The notes beneath the pieces are model-generated. The model did no database searches. It saw only the letters and a program-made list of their open reading frames with translations, and had not been told where the DNA came from. Positions 50,701 through 59,049 of a stretch of DNA of 64,000 nt are shown here, piece after piece. This DNA is from an uncultured virus (IMG/VR IMGVR_UViG_3300030339_000027). Lineage: Duplodnaviria; Heunggongvirae; Uroviricota; Caudoviricetes. Where the stretch lies: the IMG/VR virus record IMGVR_UViG_3300030339_000027; one strand, written 5' to 3'. The position numbers were made by a program, and so were the translations under genes. Position 1 is the stretch's first letter, and the number at the start of each line of letters is the position of its first letter.

Positions 50701-52353
50701 ATGACTGCAGAGTTAGGTTCTTTTTTAACTAAGAGATTTCCAGGAGAAAATATTGAGAAATTAATGAAGAATACCAAATTAGTAAACAATGCTTTACGAG
50801 TTAATATTCAAAGTATTTTTAATAGAATTGATACTCAACATAATGTCTTAATTAACGGAAAAGAGTATCCAGTAGAAGTGTTAACACGTTCTTCTGGGGA
50901 AGCCATTGGCCCAAATATTTATAGAACTATGTTTGACTTACCTAAGGGAACTTCAGTTAATCAAGTTACTGAAGATTTCTTATTTCAAAGAATGTATGAT
51001 AAATCTAAACCTGCTATCAATGATAAAAGTTGTTATGCTTACGTACAGAATCCAAATGGAAATCATATCTACATTTTTAATAAAGTTCCAACTGAATTTA
51101 CAGAATATACTCAAGGTAAACAGATAAAAGAAATTAATGGACAGTATTGGGTAGTAGATGGTAATGGTGATCCCAGATATATAGCCCCATCAGGTCTTAC
51201 AGGTACAGCACTTATTGGTGGAAAAAGAGTAGAAGTAATTGTCACTAATGATTTACCAAGTCTTCAAAAAACTCTTCAAGAGACTAAAAATTATGACAAA
51301 AGTTTACAAACTGGTAGAATTTATAATGTCAACGAAAATAATGATGCTATTCTTAAAGAAGAGTGTGCTATTCTAGCTAAAAAAAGATTTTCTAGTTTTA
51401 GAACCACTTTAAATTATATTGCAGCACGTATTCCCGGACAAGGTTTCCAATCATTTACTGATTTAAAACTTGTAGACTTTATTCATACAGAAGGTAATAC
51501 AGTTATGACTAACCATTTTACTTCCTGGTTAAAAGGAGAGGATTATGATATTGATAAAGGATTCTGGCTTGGATTAACTCTTAAAAATGGAATTGTAGTA
51601 GGTTGGGCTAATGAATTTGATTATAGCTCAGAAGAATCTCTTATAGCTTCTATGTCTCTGCCTTATCCTGATAAAAAATGGAGAAGTTTAGACACAGAAG
51701 ATAGTATTGATGATCCTGCAGAAGTTACACTTACTAACGAAGAAGTAGATAGCCTATTTGAAGAAAATATGTCCAAATTACGTAGTGATACTTTAGTTAA
51801 ATTAGGTAATATTGATAATTATAATTTCTTAGGAGAAAATCACACAGCTTATGAAGTACAAGAAAAAGTTAATGAATACTTTATGCAAACTATACCTTTA
51901 AATGCTATGGAAGATGCTGTTAAGAATAAAATGGCTTGGGGTATTAGAGATGCTGTAGTTAAACCTGTAAACTTAAATCATACAGAGTCTCCTATTGGAA
52001 TGGAAGAACTTAGAGATGAAGCCACGGAAGCTAATAGAGTTGTAAGTAATAATAATCCAATGAGTAAGGCTGATTTTCAATATGCAAACATGGTTGGTAA
52101 GAATGTAATTGGTATTGCAGCTGTTGCATTAAAGATTTGGAGTGCTGCTTCTTTCTACGGAAATGATAAAGTAAAAAAGGGAGAATTTGCTTCTATATTA
52201 ATGGATAAAAATCTCAAAATTAACGGAAAAAATCGTTATATTGCGAGCCAAGCAAACCTTAACTTTAGTGCGAAGGCTTCTACTGTAATTACAGATGAAT
52301 ATATTGCTGATCAAGTAGGTAAAAATAATATTGAGGAAAATTGTAATGGATAA
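44749..52353 (+). CDS. Virion-packaged two-barrel DNA-directed RNA polymerase, main catalytic polypeptide
   Basis: TDG (48331-48339), ARIPGQ (~51424-51441), catalytic GEDYDIDK (51535-51558; crAss-type D(F/Y)DID variant of NADFDGD) and GKNVIGIAA (~52096); TAATG coupling to the previous gene. Confidence 0.88.
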   Translation: MRNNCGLISTNASIELMGVFNNFIKTLYKKGAKNNYARLEDKIAEYLYDKHRKDDKNDALTPEESHFIEQQFILYTAAVKPILTKSRIDTKFAEKIWGDSTAVKPIELFLADVQKALIEGSETTLTEKVKNLYEVSPEDTSLIPAPKEELIPTPPLEGETKITKFTDISNKMDLKEVFANANTAYLLLERRVSNHIVRNYLINQETGVYNSSSNSVDKSVKANKTRIYKELIKNFEQKGIKFVDSERDYYVNGRINDNIKSVLDRIADYYKKYDGTGITNIKLEEWTQNNINEISDFINFVTISNFDNLLLSYGKGIFKISDSYLNSANEKYDEPKYVLDIASNINDSIFQTGEYNLSDEQSSLFKMFISSMPSVTFDKQVSHDKEIDLNTVNTVMAKLLHGNLLEGAPIYDPTNSMESMKALLEFAINNFTGEGKKIKSFDKIEKDTLLSVYMYFFRNNDELTTKHPKVLLNNSLRSAIQVAYGNDTESGFKNIPSFYHLASNSEVISGMDYFNVIVSNFDKTYLNEYTEYTYDKDRGTITVNSPTERLINSSEIQFTNNLNNFINQEFNKTFLENRYKDVTIEGKESDMPTVRFELSKGVFITANLANGGISITDGIKTTDSKALDFKISPIQEQKLVEILNKILPQLQLRDDKGNDFYYPLFTQVFSPTLDDHVEALTALAKVAGYVAYTSSMVNEIGKDGLLGSKWMKNFGADKSPYIKDDEEFSIARMFPGYSDIAKNIGKGLSIINGETHKAVIKVGNVTVPTIGEVRHLYALPKWRNWLIKQNGNKLTGMPIASNLFMRNPDFLKGFKIRSFVKSGDNVKHSSEMAPLEIATTFIMHDYIAAANKYNEVYIQSTVFADKNSHNSVVVKLNEEIQIPGITNKISLSNVTATELKQAAFLNNATYYKAISDKLTSTYIPVLQTLLPGTTIESTLQGVHDAMSKVQEQDFRNAFYKHYNGSEYIIEDLGIEKNKKDGTCGLSPLLIYYTEMYTDKSKTTPAFTKMMKANELLFAKSLNSYNMNIEYMDGKGSLNPLFIRKGTSTIFDTLKIADEKTGDRITKENFEKNWVDPSTKYLTIYKGGELNPLLRHYFYMDNYISENLSQASMGTIHNHPFKGKAKAKPGTFEFFTEIESAKTAAMYKRQLQGTPMKPLNLNLINGVRETMSSVFLTDINNPVYTSFGIKDKMTVTDGSAQVTPLQYILQNNSLLENSVGPNAKMFSLFMDPKYNSYGLTKYAEFGITNEMIQNSKGSTYDLMNLIEKSYRYKPFTRSITIEEFNPNTFDYDKTLVQYTPDILKDFKGNNITIETIAPNGLFYVKNDQVYEIKSLTRGTTITQPSGEVIVAKGESNDFQVQAINLTTGMAEVPKSVKINDLFDLWQALGAENSVSIDKEGQYSGSRNPGETLNFTESDASHYALAEFVNRVGHKMDSNQKVNLINKYGLRDLSDPHTNAIYSKETEANFVKLFPEFKVNKTDFKVHNQTNTWQPLKAMFIGKYIHTSAQKSGAINVHNIDDVYNQTKPIYPVDVPAISTGLLMTTEHEVEGSEITKMTQIYSAIEFMGDSHNVSSGVYNAIADVLNIKLKSLFDATEFQNVNKEALYKEVTDNLIRTFNSKDQQSIGKFIGQMVERNSDEIKAFTAQAKEAEAITEDATGEEPGVASTMSMSIVRDGKRMPFSTYMYSSFISLMSNFLNKEAIKDKQSGIASPIKPSGGMLQVYDSEDINGKKDVLLRKNYDKLNAAENIVEAPITIGEISLNDWVRESDGKTMKEYQVNTPEKLIALKRKDTGESVPVQTFKGFWTRGTVQNDTNNVYLFGDNTNDRMVTKYIPGATQAVIRGLPNAIGIDTKRDRGTTSKSFLTDADLPWFKSHVDEQLKKAQALGKPIILPEDGIGTGKAMLKEKAPALFAYLNEALSKLETTKPSKVKFVKLYGKPRDLQPPLLTFKVIGKGMKESPMSIYELPDFAMVYDYKEILEDKKPMTAELGSFLTKRFPGENIEKLMKNTKLVNNALRVNIQSIFNRIDTQHNVLINGKEYPVEVLTRSSGEAIGPNIYRTMFDLPKGTSVNQVTEDFLFQRMYDKSKPAINDKSCYAYVQNPNGNHIYIFNKVPTEFTEYTQGKQIKEINGQYWVVDGNGDPRYIAPSGLTGTALIGGKRVEVIVTNDLPSLQKTLQETKNYDKSLQTGRIYNVNENNDAILKEECAILAKKRFSSFRTTLNYIAARIPGQGFQSFTDLKLVDFIHTEGNTVMTNHFTSWLKGEDYDIDKGFWLGLTLKNGIVVGWANEFDYSSEESLIASMSLPYPDKKWRSLDTEDSIDDPAEVTLTNEEVDSLFEENMSKLRSDTLVKLGNIDNYNFLGENHTAYEVQEKVNEYFMQTIPLNAMEDAVKNKMAWGIRDAVVKPVNLNHTESPIGMEELRDEATEANRVVSNNNPMSKADFQYANMVGKNVIGIAAVALKIWSAASFYGNDKVKKGEFASILMDKNLKINGKNRYIASQANLNFSAKASTVITDEYIADQVGKNNIEENCNG

Positions 52354-54853
52354 AGGATGTATACATACATACAAAGGCGTAGAATATAGGAATTATCAAG
52401 ATTTAAAAAATGCATTAATTGAGGAGCAGAGTAGTCACTACTTTGCTCCTTTTATGGCTGCAGTTTTAGAAAAATTAAAGAATAATCCCGATATAACGGG
52501 CGTGCAAGAGATTGAAAAGGTCGTGAAAGAAATTTCTGATCAATTTATGTTGAAAGAAGATGTTAGTTTAACTTTGAGTCAGTTATTAAGTGCTGCTACT
52601 GATAATGCTAAAGAATTAATCTTAGCTAAAATTAATGCAGGACCTGAAACTGCTGGAGTTTATGCATACTTAACCATGTTAGGAGTTCCTTTTAAAGAAA
52701 TTGCTCAAATGATGAAGAGTGATGCAGTTAAATGGGTTATTGAGAATTCTCGTAAAAATATTTTTGATAAACAAACTGATTTTAATAGTATTAAAAGTTC
52801 TATTAAAGAGTTTGAAAATGGCCCTAACGTATATAAATATTTAGATTTTGATAGGGCCAATATTTTTTCTAATATTCTAAGAGATAGTTTAAAAAATAGT
52901 ACTTTTTTAGGAGCACTTCCTTATGGTAATATATTTAAAGATCCCGAAGTAATTAAGATTCTCTCTAATACTGATAAAAAGAAAGGCCCAGTCGTAAAAA
53001 TGCATTCTATAGGTGCTTTAATGTCTCCTATAGATATTACAAGTAAAGTTGGAGATACAATAGTAACTAAATCTTTAGATTTTAATATTTCTAGAGAAGA
53101 TATTAGTGAATTTTACAAAACTTTGCAAGAAGGTAATTTTATAAAAGAGTCATATGAACCTGTAGTTAATAAATATACAGAAGACGAGGATATGGATATG
53201 GGTTGGGAAGATGGTGAAATTAGAAGTAATAAAATTCCTGTAAAAATTGAGGTATCTAGATTTATACAAAAAATGATAGAATATTTAGATAAAGCTCCAG
53301 AAGGAGACATATCTGAATTTGCTAATATTATGGAAGATTCAAAAGAAGTTCTTATCTTAGGTAGAATGCTTTCTATAAATCAAGGTATTAAAACTGATAG
53401 TTACTCTCAATATGCTTTTTTTCAGAGAGTTACTGATTATATAATTGAAAAAAGCAAAGGTAAAATGTCTTTAGAAACTCCAGAGAAAATGATGTCTGAG
53501 ATGATGGAAGAAATGCCTACTCATAGAGTAGACCCTAAATTTTTAGAAGAAGTTATGAAAAGATTCGATTTTAAAAAATTTTTAGGGATAGGTTTAACAC
53601 AAGAAGACGCTACTATTTATAGAGAAACTAGTAAATTGTGGTATAATAAGATTAAATCCTCCTTTAATATTTTAGCTATTGTCTCTGATACTCCCCATTT
53701 TAATGCAATGCTAGGAGTTTCCTCTTTAATGGAAAATATGAAAAGCATGCTCTCAGTTAAAGCAAAATTAGTTGATAAATTAATTAAAGATGTTTATGAT
53801 AAACATATTATAGCTTCAGATTTAACTGAGGAACAGATGGAGTATAAAACAATTGCTGATAAGGACTATTTTAAAATTATGGATTTTGCAAATGATTCTA
53901 TTATATTAAAGTGGATTCGTTCTTTAGACGACTCTAAGAGAATTTTTGCACATGATTCAAATACTTATCACACTATTGTTGATAATAAGATTGTTAAAGT
54001 TACTGAAGAAAATAGGGAGAGATATCCACGTAAAATTGATGTTAGTAGTGCTGAGGGAAGACTAGATTTTATAGACATGGTTCATGAGATGATGTCTGTG
54101 TTAAAAGATGGAAAATTCTTAGTTAATGGTGAGTATAAAGAACATCCTCTTCTAAAAAACAATGCTTTTATACATTCATTCGATATTGATAAGAAAAGAG
54201 ATCCTTTAACTGGTAAAAACAATAAGTTCTATAAGCTTCCTATGAATATATTAAATGTAAATGAAGCTAATACTCATAAGTTTAATAGTTACTTAATTGG
54301 ATTTTCAGACTTAGCTAAAATTGAGTATAATGGAGTTAATATACAGAATTTATTATTCTTATATAATACTTTTATTCACAGGGATAAAATTAATAGAGAC
54401 TCTTTAACAAAATTGTTTGAATCTTCTACCTCTGGTATTGAACATACTATGATGGGTGATTTTATTAAATGGGCTGGAGATTTTGATTGGAATGAAAAAG
54501 AATTACAATCTTTATCCGAATCTAAAGAGTATGATTATGATATAGACGATATTATAATTAAAGGATTGGCTACTAAGATCTTCTCAAAAAACTTGGATAG
54601 AAATGTAGGAAAATATGCTTATGCAGTCTTGTATAATGCTTCTACAGGAGAGTCTACAAAGCAATATTATGAGTGGAACAATAGTGCTAGTACTTATCAA
54701 AAATATGATCACTTTAGTAGTGATTTAGCAATAGCTTCTAGTGCGGGATCACAAATTGGAGTACAAAGAGGAAATGCAAATGACTTTAATGCTACTTTAA
54801 GAGAAATCTCAAATAGAGGAATAATAATAAACAATGTAAAAATAGAATGTTAA
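52346..54853 (+). CDS. C-terminal part of the virion RNA polymerase (bridge-helix-like region) encoded as a separate gene
   Basis: LSQLLSAATDNAKELILAKINA near the N-terminus. ATG at 52346 overlapping the previous stop is preferred over TTG at 52331. Confidence 0.65.
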   Translation: MDKGCIHTYKGVEYRNYQDLKNALIEEQSSHYFAPFMAAVLEKLKNNPDITGVQEIEKVVKEISDQFMLKEDVSLTLSQLLSAATDNAKELILAKINAGPETAGVYAYLTMLGVPFKEIAQMMKSDAVKWVIENSRKNIFDKQTDFNSIKSSIKEFENGPNVYKYLDFDRANIFSNILRDSLKNSTFLGALPYGNIFKDPEVIKILSNTDKKKGPVVKMHSIGALMSPIDITSKVGDTIVTKSLDFNISREDISEFYKTLQEGNFIKESYEPVVNKYTEDEDMDMGWEDGEIRSNKIPVKIEVSRFIQKMIEYLDKAPEGDISEFANIMEDSKEVLILGRMLSINQGIKTDSYSQYAFFQRVTDYIIEKSKGKMSLETPEKMMSEMMEEMPTHRVDPKFLEEVMKRFDFKKFLGIGLTQEDATIYRETSKLWYNKIKSSFNILAIVSDTPHFNAMLGVSSLMENMKSMLSVKAKLVDKLIKDVYDKHIIASDLTEEQMEYKTIADKDYFKIMDFANDSIILKWIRSLDDSKRIFAHDSNTYHTIVDNKIVKVTEENRERYPRKIDVSSAEGRLDFIDMVHEMMSVLKDGKFLVNGEYKEHPLLKNNAFIHSFDIDKKRDPLTGKNNKFYKLPMNILNVNEANTHKFNSYLIGFSDLAKIEYNGVNIQNLLFLYNTFIHRDKINRDSLTKLFESSTSGIEHTMMGDFIKWAGDFDWNEKELQSLSESKEYDYDIDDIIIKGLATKIFSKNLDRNVGKYAYAVLYNASTGESTKQYYEWNNSASTYQKYDHFSSDLAIASSAGSQIGVQRGNANDFNATLREISNRGIIINNVKIEC

Positions 54854-54854
54854 C

Positions 54855-57800
54855 ATGGCATGTACACTAACGTTCACTTTAGGTGGAATAAAATATAATA
54901 TACCTGCAGAAGGTAATCTTGCTGATTATGACGGAAAAAACCTCACAGATATATTAGGATCTTTAGATTCTCATACACAAATTAATTTATTAGAGAATAT
55001 TTTAAAATATTCTAACATTCAGCCGTATGATTATGAAGAAAATCCAACTGTAACTAATTTAATAGCTTCTAATAATATTCCGAATATTAGTGTAAGCAAG
55101 TTAACAGAAAAATTAGGAGATTTAGTTTTACCTGATGGATCTAATCATTTTAAATTACGTCAAGTAGTTTTAAGTATGTTAAATGAAAAGACTGATAAAA
55201 TATCTTTAGTTTCTGCACAAATCACAGATGGTTCCAAAAAAGGACATGGAGTATTTATTTCACAAACTGGAAGTATCTATGTGCATGCTAAACCTAATGA
55301 TAAAATTGATACTCTTGAGGATTATTTTTTAGGAAAGGATAGCAAAGTCTTACTAGAACGTCTTGCTCATGAATTAACTCATAGTAAATTAGATGCATTA
55401 ATGGTTAATCAACCAGAACTTGCCAAGGAATTAGTTGAGGAATGGAATTCAAAAAAAGGAGGATTATCTGATGAATTTAAGAGTATTAAAAGTAGTATTG
55501 ACAAGTTAAAAACAAATGAAGCAAAAGCAAACGAAATTATTGCTTATTACTTTAGTGATTTCCAATTACAAGGGGCTTATCAAAGTAAAACACTAGAAGA
55601 TGCTTTTAAAAGTATGGTTTCAAATATAATTCCATTAGAAACAATAGTTTCTACTTCTACTCCTGGCTATTTTGATTCTTCCAATCCATATGAGGATTAT
55701 GACCATTCTAGATATAAGAATCATTGGGATGATCCTGTTTGGCAATATAGACATCCTGAATTAGAACCTCCATTCACAGGAGATACTAATGCTTCTCTTC
55801 AAAAAATGGTTGCAGAGATAGATCCAACTTCTGAGAATTACCAAGCAGATAAAGCTAAACAAATCTTAGCTAGATTTAATGCTAATACCTCTGATATTCA
55901 AGAAAATTCTGAATTTAAATACCAGAAATATGATGTTTCTTATGGAGCACCTATTGTTATTGATGATTTTAATAGAGATATTCAAATCTTAAGATTAGCA
56001 GAAAATGACTTGGTATTAGTAAGTAAAGATATCTTCCTAAATCCCAAAACAAAAGAATGGGAAGCTAGGCCTACTAAAAAAGGTGAGGAAAAGTCTTCAT
56101 ATCGTCCTGTTATTAGTACTTATATTAATGCTAATAATGAAGTAATGATTAATCTACCTATTAAAGATGGTAGTGGTAAAACATATTCTCTACCAGCTAA
56201 GTTTGTAGAAAGTTTACGTAAATATGATGGAGATTTAATAGATACTCCTTATAATAAAGAAAAAGCTAAAGAATATGCAGATTGGATGGTTGCTAATGTA
56301 AATTCAGCATATGGTGATGATCCTGCCGATAGTTCTATAATTAGAACTATAGATATTACTTCTAAAACTGGAAAAAGCTTTCAAATTTCAGTGGCTTCTA
56401 ACTATGAATCTTATGGATTTAAATTTTATAACCAAGAATCTGCTAGAGAAATCTATGATGGAGCTGAAGTTGGAGATGTAGTTAAAGTGTTTATAAAAGA
56501 AAAAGGAGATAAGAAAGCGGGAGGATATCGCGCTAAAATACTACGTAAATTTGGAAACTCAGTTGAAGTAGTTACTTCTAAAGGTGCTGTACTTATTGTA
56601 AAACCCTCTGCTATCAATGAGGTAATCTATTTAAAAGAAAATCATCCAGACTTTTTATCACAAGTAGAAAATATTGATAAAGGGACTATTAGCCAAGATC
56701 TTATTGATGATGGTAATAGTCAATTTAGAAAATATCGTAAAGTAAATTTTGTATCACAAAATAAAAAAGATGGGGAATTTCAAGATAAGATTAATGATTA
56801 TTTTGATATTTATTCAAAAGAAGATTCTGCTATTAAAGTAGAGAGACGTCGCGCTGAAGTTAAAAAACTTAAAGCCGGAGATCTTATAAAGGTTAAATGG
56901 TATTACACAGATACAAAAACTAAAGAAGATAGAGAAGTGTCACACTGGTATCCAGTAGTTACTAAAACCTCTGATTTAGTTTACTATTACAATTCTACTT
57001 CTGAGAAAGTATCTTCTGTGAATATTTTAGATGGTAAAGGATATGAAATCTATGGATTAGCTATAAATAATACAAATTCTTCTAAATTATTTGATGAATT
57101 TAATGAAATCAGAAAAAGTATAGAAGGATTACGTAGAGATGATACTGGTACATTACTCTCAGATGATGCTATTAAAAATAACTTAGGAGAAGCTCTTAGA
57201 AATGCAGAACCATCTAGTTTACAAGACATTTATCATATCACAGAAATAGAAGATGTAGATGAAGTAGCAGCTGGAGAAGATAATGACCTTAAATTATCAG
57301 TATCTCAAGTACAAAGAGGTAGTATTGTTAAAGCCTATGTATTTGATATAGATGAAGAAGGTAGAGACAAAAAAACTAAAATTTATAAATGGTTTGTAGT
57401 AACTGGCTTTGATGAAAACACTGGAAGACCTATATGTGTTACACAAACTAAAGATAAAAATGGTAAAACTGGTGTATATAAAGAATATCCAATTGAATTT
57501 CAGAATATTAAAGCAATAGGTCATAGATTAACTGATAATGCTGATTTAGGAATTTATGGAAATAAAACTCTAAAAGAATACTTAGATAAGTTAAGAAAAA
57601 CTTTTGATACTATTAGTGAACCTATTTTTATTACTCAAGCTGAAACTCCTAAATATGAGAGATCAAATAGAACTTTTAACACAGCTTTATATGGTTTACT
57701 TAAAAACGGAAAGATGGGTTATGCAGTGTCTGATAAATATGTAATAGAACAATTTAAAGATAAGACTGATTTTGAAGAATGGAAGAAAAATACACCAGAA

Positions 57801-59039
57801 GCTAAAGGATTAACCTGGACTTATACTGAACCTAAGTTGTATATTTTAAGAGGTAAACAATATATGAAGAAACTCTATATGAATTACTTAGAAGTACACG
57901 GTTTACTTAATTATGAACCCAACATACATGATAGTGTAAGAATTGGTGATATAGTTACTGAAACATGGAAGTACCAAGGAGATGATGTTAAAATGGACTC
58001 TATGATTACTGCTAAAACTCCTACAGGATTATGGGTGGAACGTTTAGGAAAAAGTCCTTCAGGGGATTCTATTTCGGTTAGAAAAAAGATATATAGACAT
58101 AGAGAAGGAGTTGAATATCCTCAGATCTCAGATGTATACTTACATAAAAAACGTGATACTACCTCAACTTCTAGAGAAGACGCTAAAAGTAGACAAACTA
58201 ATCTTTTAATTGGTAATACTCAGTATGAAGAGAAGATTAAAAATCTAGATCAGGAAACTAAAGAAAGAAAAGCAAGTACTTTAAAAAAACCACTTAAAGC
58301 TTCTTTAGATACTGATAATTTCTATAAGAGTAGAGATTCGGAAAGTAAGATTATGGAAATTGTAGATAAACTACAATCTACTTATAATGTGCCTATTATA
58401 ATGCTTAGAACTAATGAGATTGCTCAAAGTTTTGGTGATATTTTAGGAACTGATGCTACTAAAGTTAGAGGATTTATAAATGAGGGTAAAGTTTATATAA
58501 ATTTAGATAAAGCTTCTTCTGCAGAACCTCTACATGAGATGGCACATATTATATTAGAGAGTATTAAAGCCAATGACTATAATTTATATCAAACGGTTAT
58601 TAATTCTGTTAAGTCTCATCCATACTATGATGCTATAGCTAAAAATTATCCTAATAGGGCCCCGGAAGACTTAGATGAAGAAGTATTTGTTTCTATTTTT
58701 GGAGAAAAATATAGAACAGTTACTCATAATCAATATAATAAGTCTTGGTATGATCAAAATGAAAGTATATTTACAAATATCTGGAATTATATGAAAAATA
58801 CTTTTGCTTCTATTTTTGACAATAAATCTATCTTGGATATTCCAAATGAAAAGCTTGCTATGATGCCTTTAGACGAATTAATTAGTACCTTTGGGGACAA
58901 TTTGATGGAAGGTAAATTTAAACACGTTTTAAATTATGATACATCAACTCTTGAGAGAAAAGTGACCAATTTAAAGACAAATCTTTTATCAAATGAAGAT
59001 GAATCAGAAAGTTACCTTAGAAAAACTTGTAATACTTAA
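54855..59039 (+). CDS. Giant virion protein with two zincin-like (HExxH) metallopeptidase motifs and central KOW/SH3-like repeats
   Basis: LAHELTH (55368-55382) followed by NEIIAY; LHEMAH (58533-58547) preceded by GFINEGKVYIN and followed by DEEVFV. Confidence 0.72.
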   Translation: MACTLTFTLGGIKYNIPAEGNLADYDGKNLTDILGSLDSHTQINLLENILKYSNIQPYDYEENPTVTNLIASNNIPNISVSKLTEKLGDLVLPDGSNHFKLRQVVLSMLNEKTDKISLVSAQITDGSKKGHGVFISQTGSIYVHAKPNDKIDTLEDYFLGKDSKVLLERLAHELTHSKLDALMVNQPELAKELVEEWNSKKGGLSDEFKSIKSSIDKLKTNEAKANEIIAYYFSDFQLQGAYQSKTLEDAFKSMVSNIIPLETIVSTSTPGYFDSSNPYEDYDHSRYKNHWDDPVWQYRHPELEPPFTGDTNASLQKMVAEIDPTSENYQADKAKQILARFNANTSDIQENSEFKYQKYDVSYGAPIVIDDFNRDIQILRLAENDLVLVSKDIFLNPKTKEWEARPTKKGEEKSSYRPVISTYINANNEVMINLPIKDGSGKTYSLPAKFVESLRKYDGDLIDTPYNKEKAKEYADWMVANVNSAYGDDPADSSIIRTIDITSKTGKSFQISVASNYESYGFKFYNQESAREIYDGAEVGDVVKVFIKEKGDKKAGGYRAKILRKFGNSVEVVTSKGAVLIVKPSAINEVIYLKENHPDFLSQVENIDKGTISQDLIDDGNSQFRKYRKVNFVSQNKKDGEFQDKINDYFDIYSKEDSAIKVERRRAEVKKLKAGDLIKVKWYYTDTKTKEDREVSHWYPVVTKTSDLVYYYNSTSEKVSSVNILDGKGYEIYGLAINNTNSSKLFDEFNEIRKSIEGLRRDDTGTLLSDDAIKNNLGEALRNAEPSSLQDIYHITEIEDVDEVAAGEDNDLKLSVSQVQRGSIVKAYVFDIDEEGRDKKTKIYKWFVVTGFDENTGRPICVTQTKDKNGKTGVYKEYPIEFQNIKAIGHRLTDNADLGIYGNKTLKEYLDKLRKTFDTISEPIFITQAETPKYERSNRTFNTALYGLLKNGKMGYAVSDKYVIEQFKDKTDFEEWKKNTPEAKGLTWTYTEPKLYILRGKQYMKKLYMNYLEVHGLLNYEPNIHDSVRIGDIVTETWKYQGDDVKMDSMITAKTPTGLWVERLGKSPSGDSISVRKKIYRHREGVEYPQISDVYLHKKRDTTSTSREDAKSRQTNLLIGNTQYEEKIKNLDQETKERKASTLKKPLKASLDTDNFYKSRDSESKIMEIVDKLQSTYNVPIIMLRTNEIAQSFGDILGTDATKVRGFINEGKVYINLDKASSAEPLHEMAHIILESIKANDYNLYQTVINSVKSHPYYDAIAKNYPNRAPEDLDEEVFVSIFGEKYRTVTHNQYNKSWYDQNESIFTNIWNYMKNTFASIFDNKSILDIPNEKLAMMPLDELISTFGDNLMEGKFKHVLNYDTSTLERKVTNLKTNLLSNEDESESYLRKTCNT

Positions 59040-59049
59040 AATAATATAA

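Noticed and set aside
52321..52360. Sequencing frameshift or pseudogene splitting the RNAP
   Set aside because: The break has a coupled ATG/stop overlap and the same paired Cys signature as the other junctions, which an error would not create. Read mapping is still needed to exclude it fully.
54530..54552. DYDIDD in the ~835-aa protein as a second RNAP active site
   Set aside because: Lacks the preceding R-x-P and Gly context of the true motif at 51535-51558 and sits in an acidic stretch near the C-terminus; likely coincidental.
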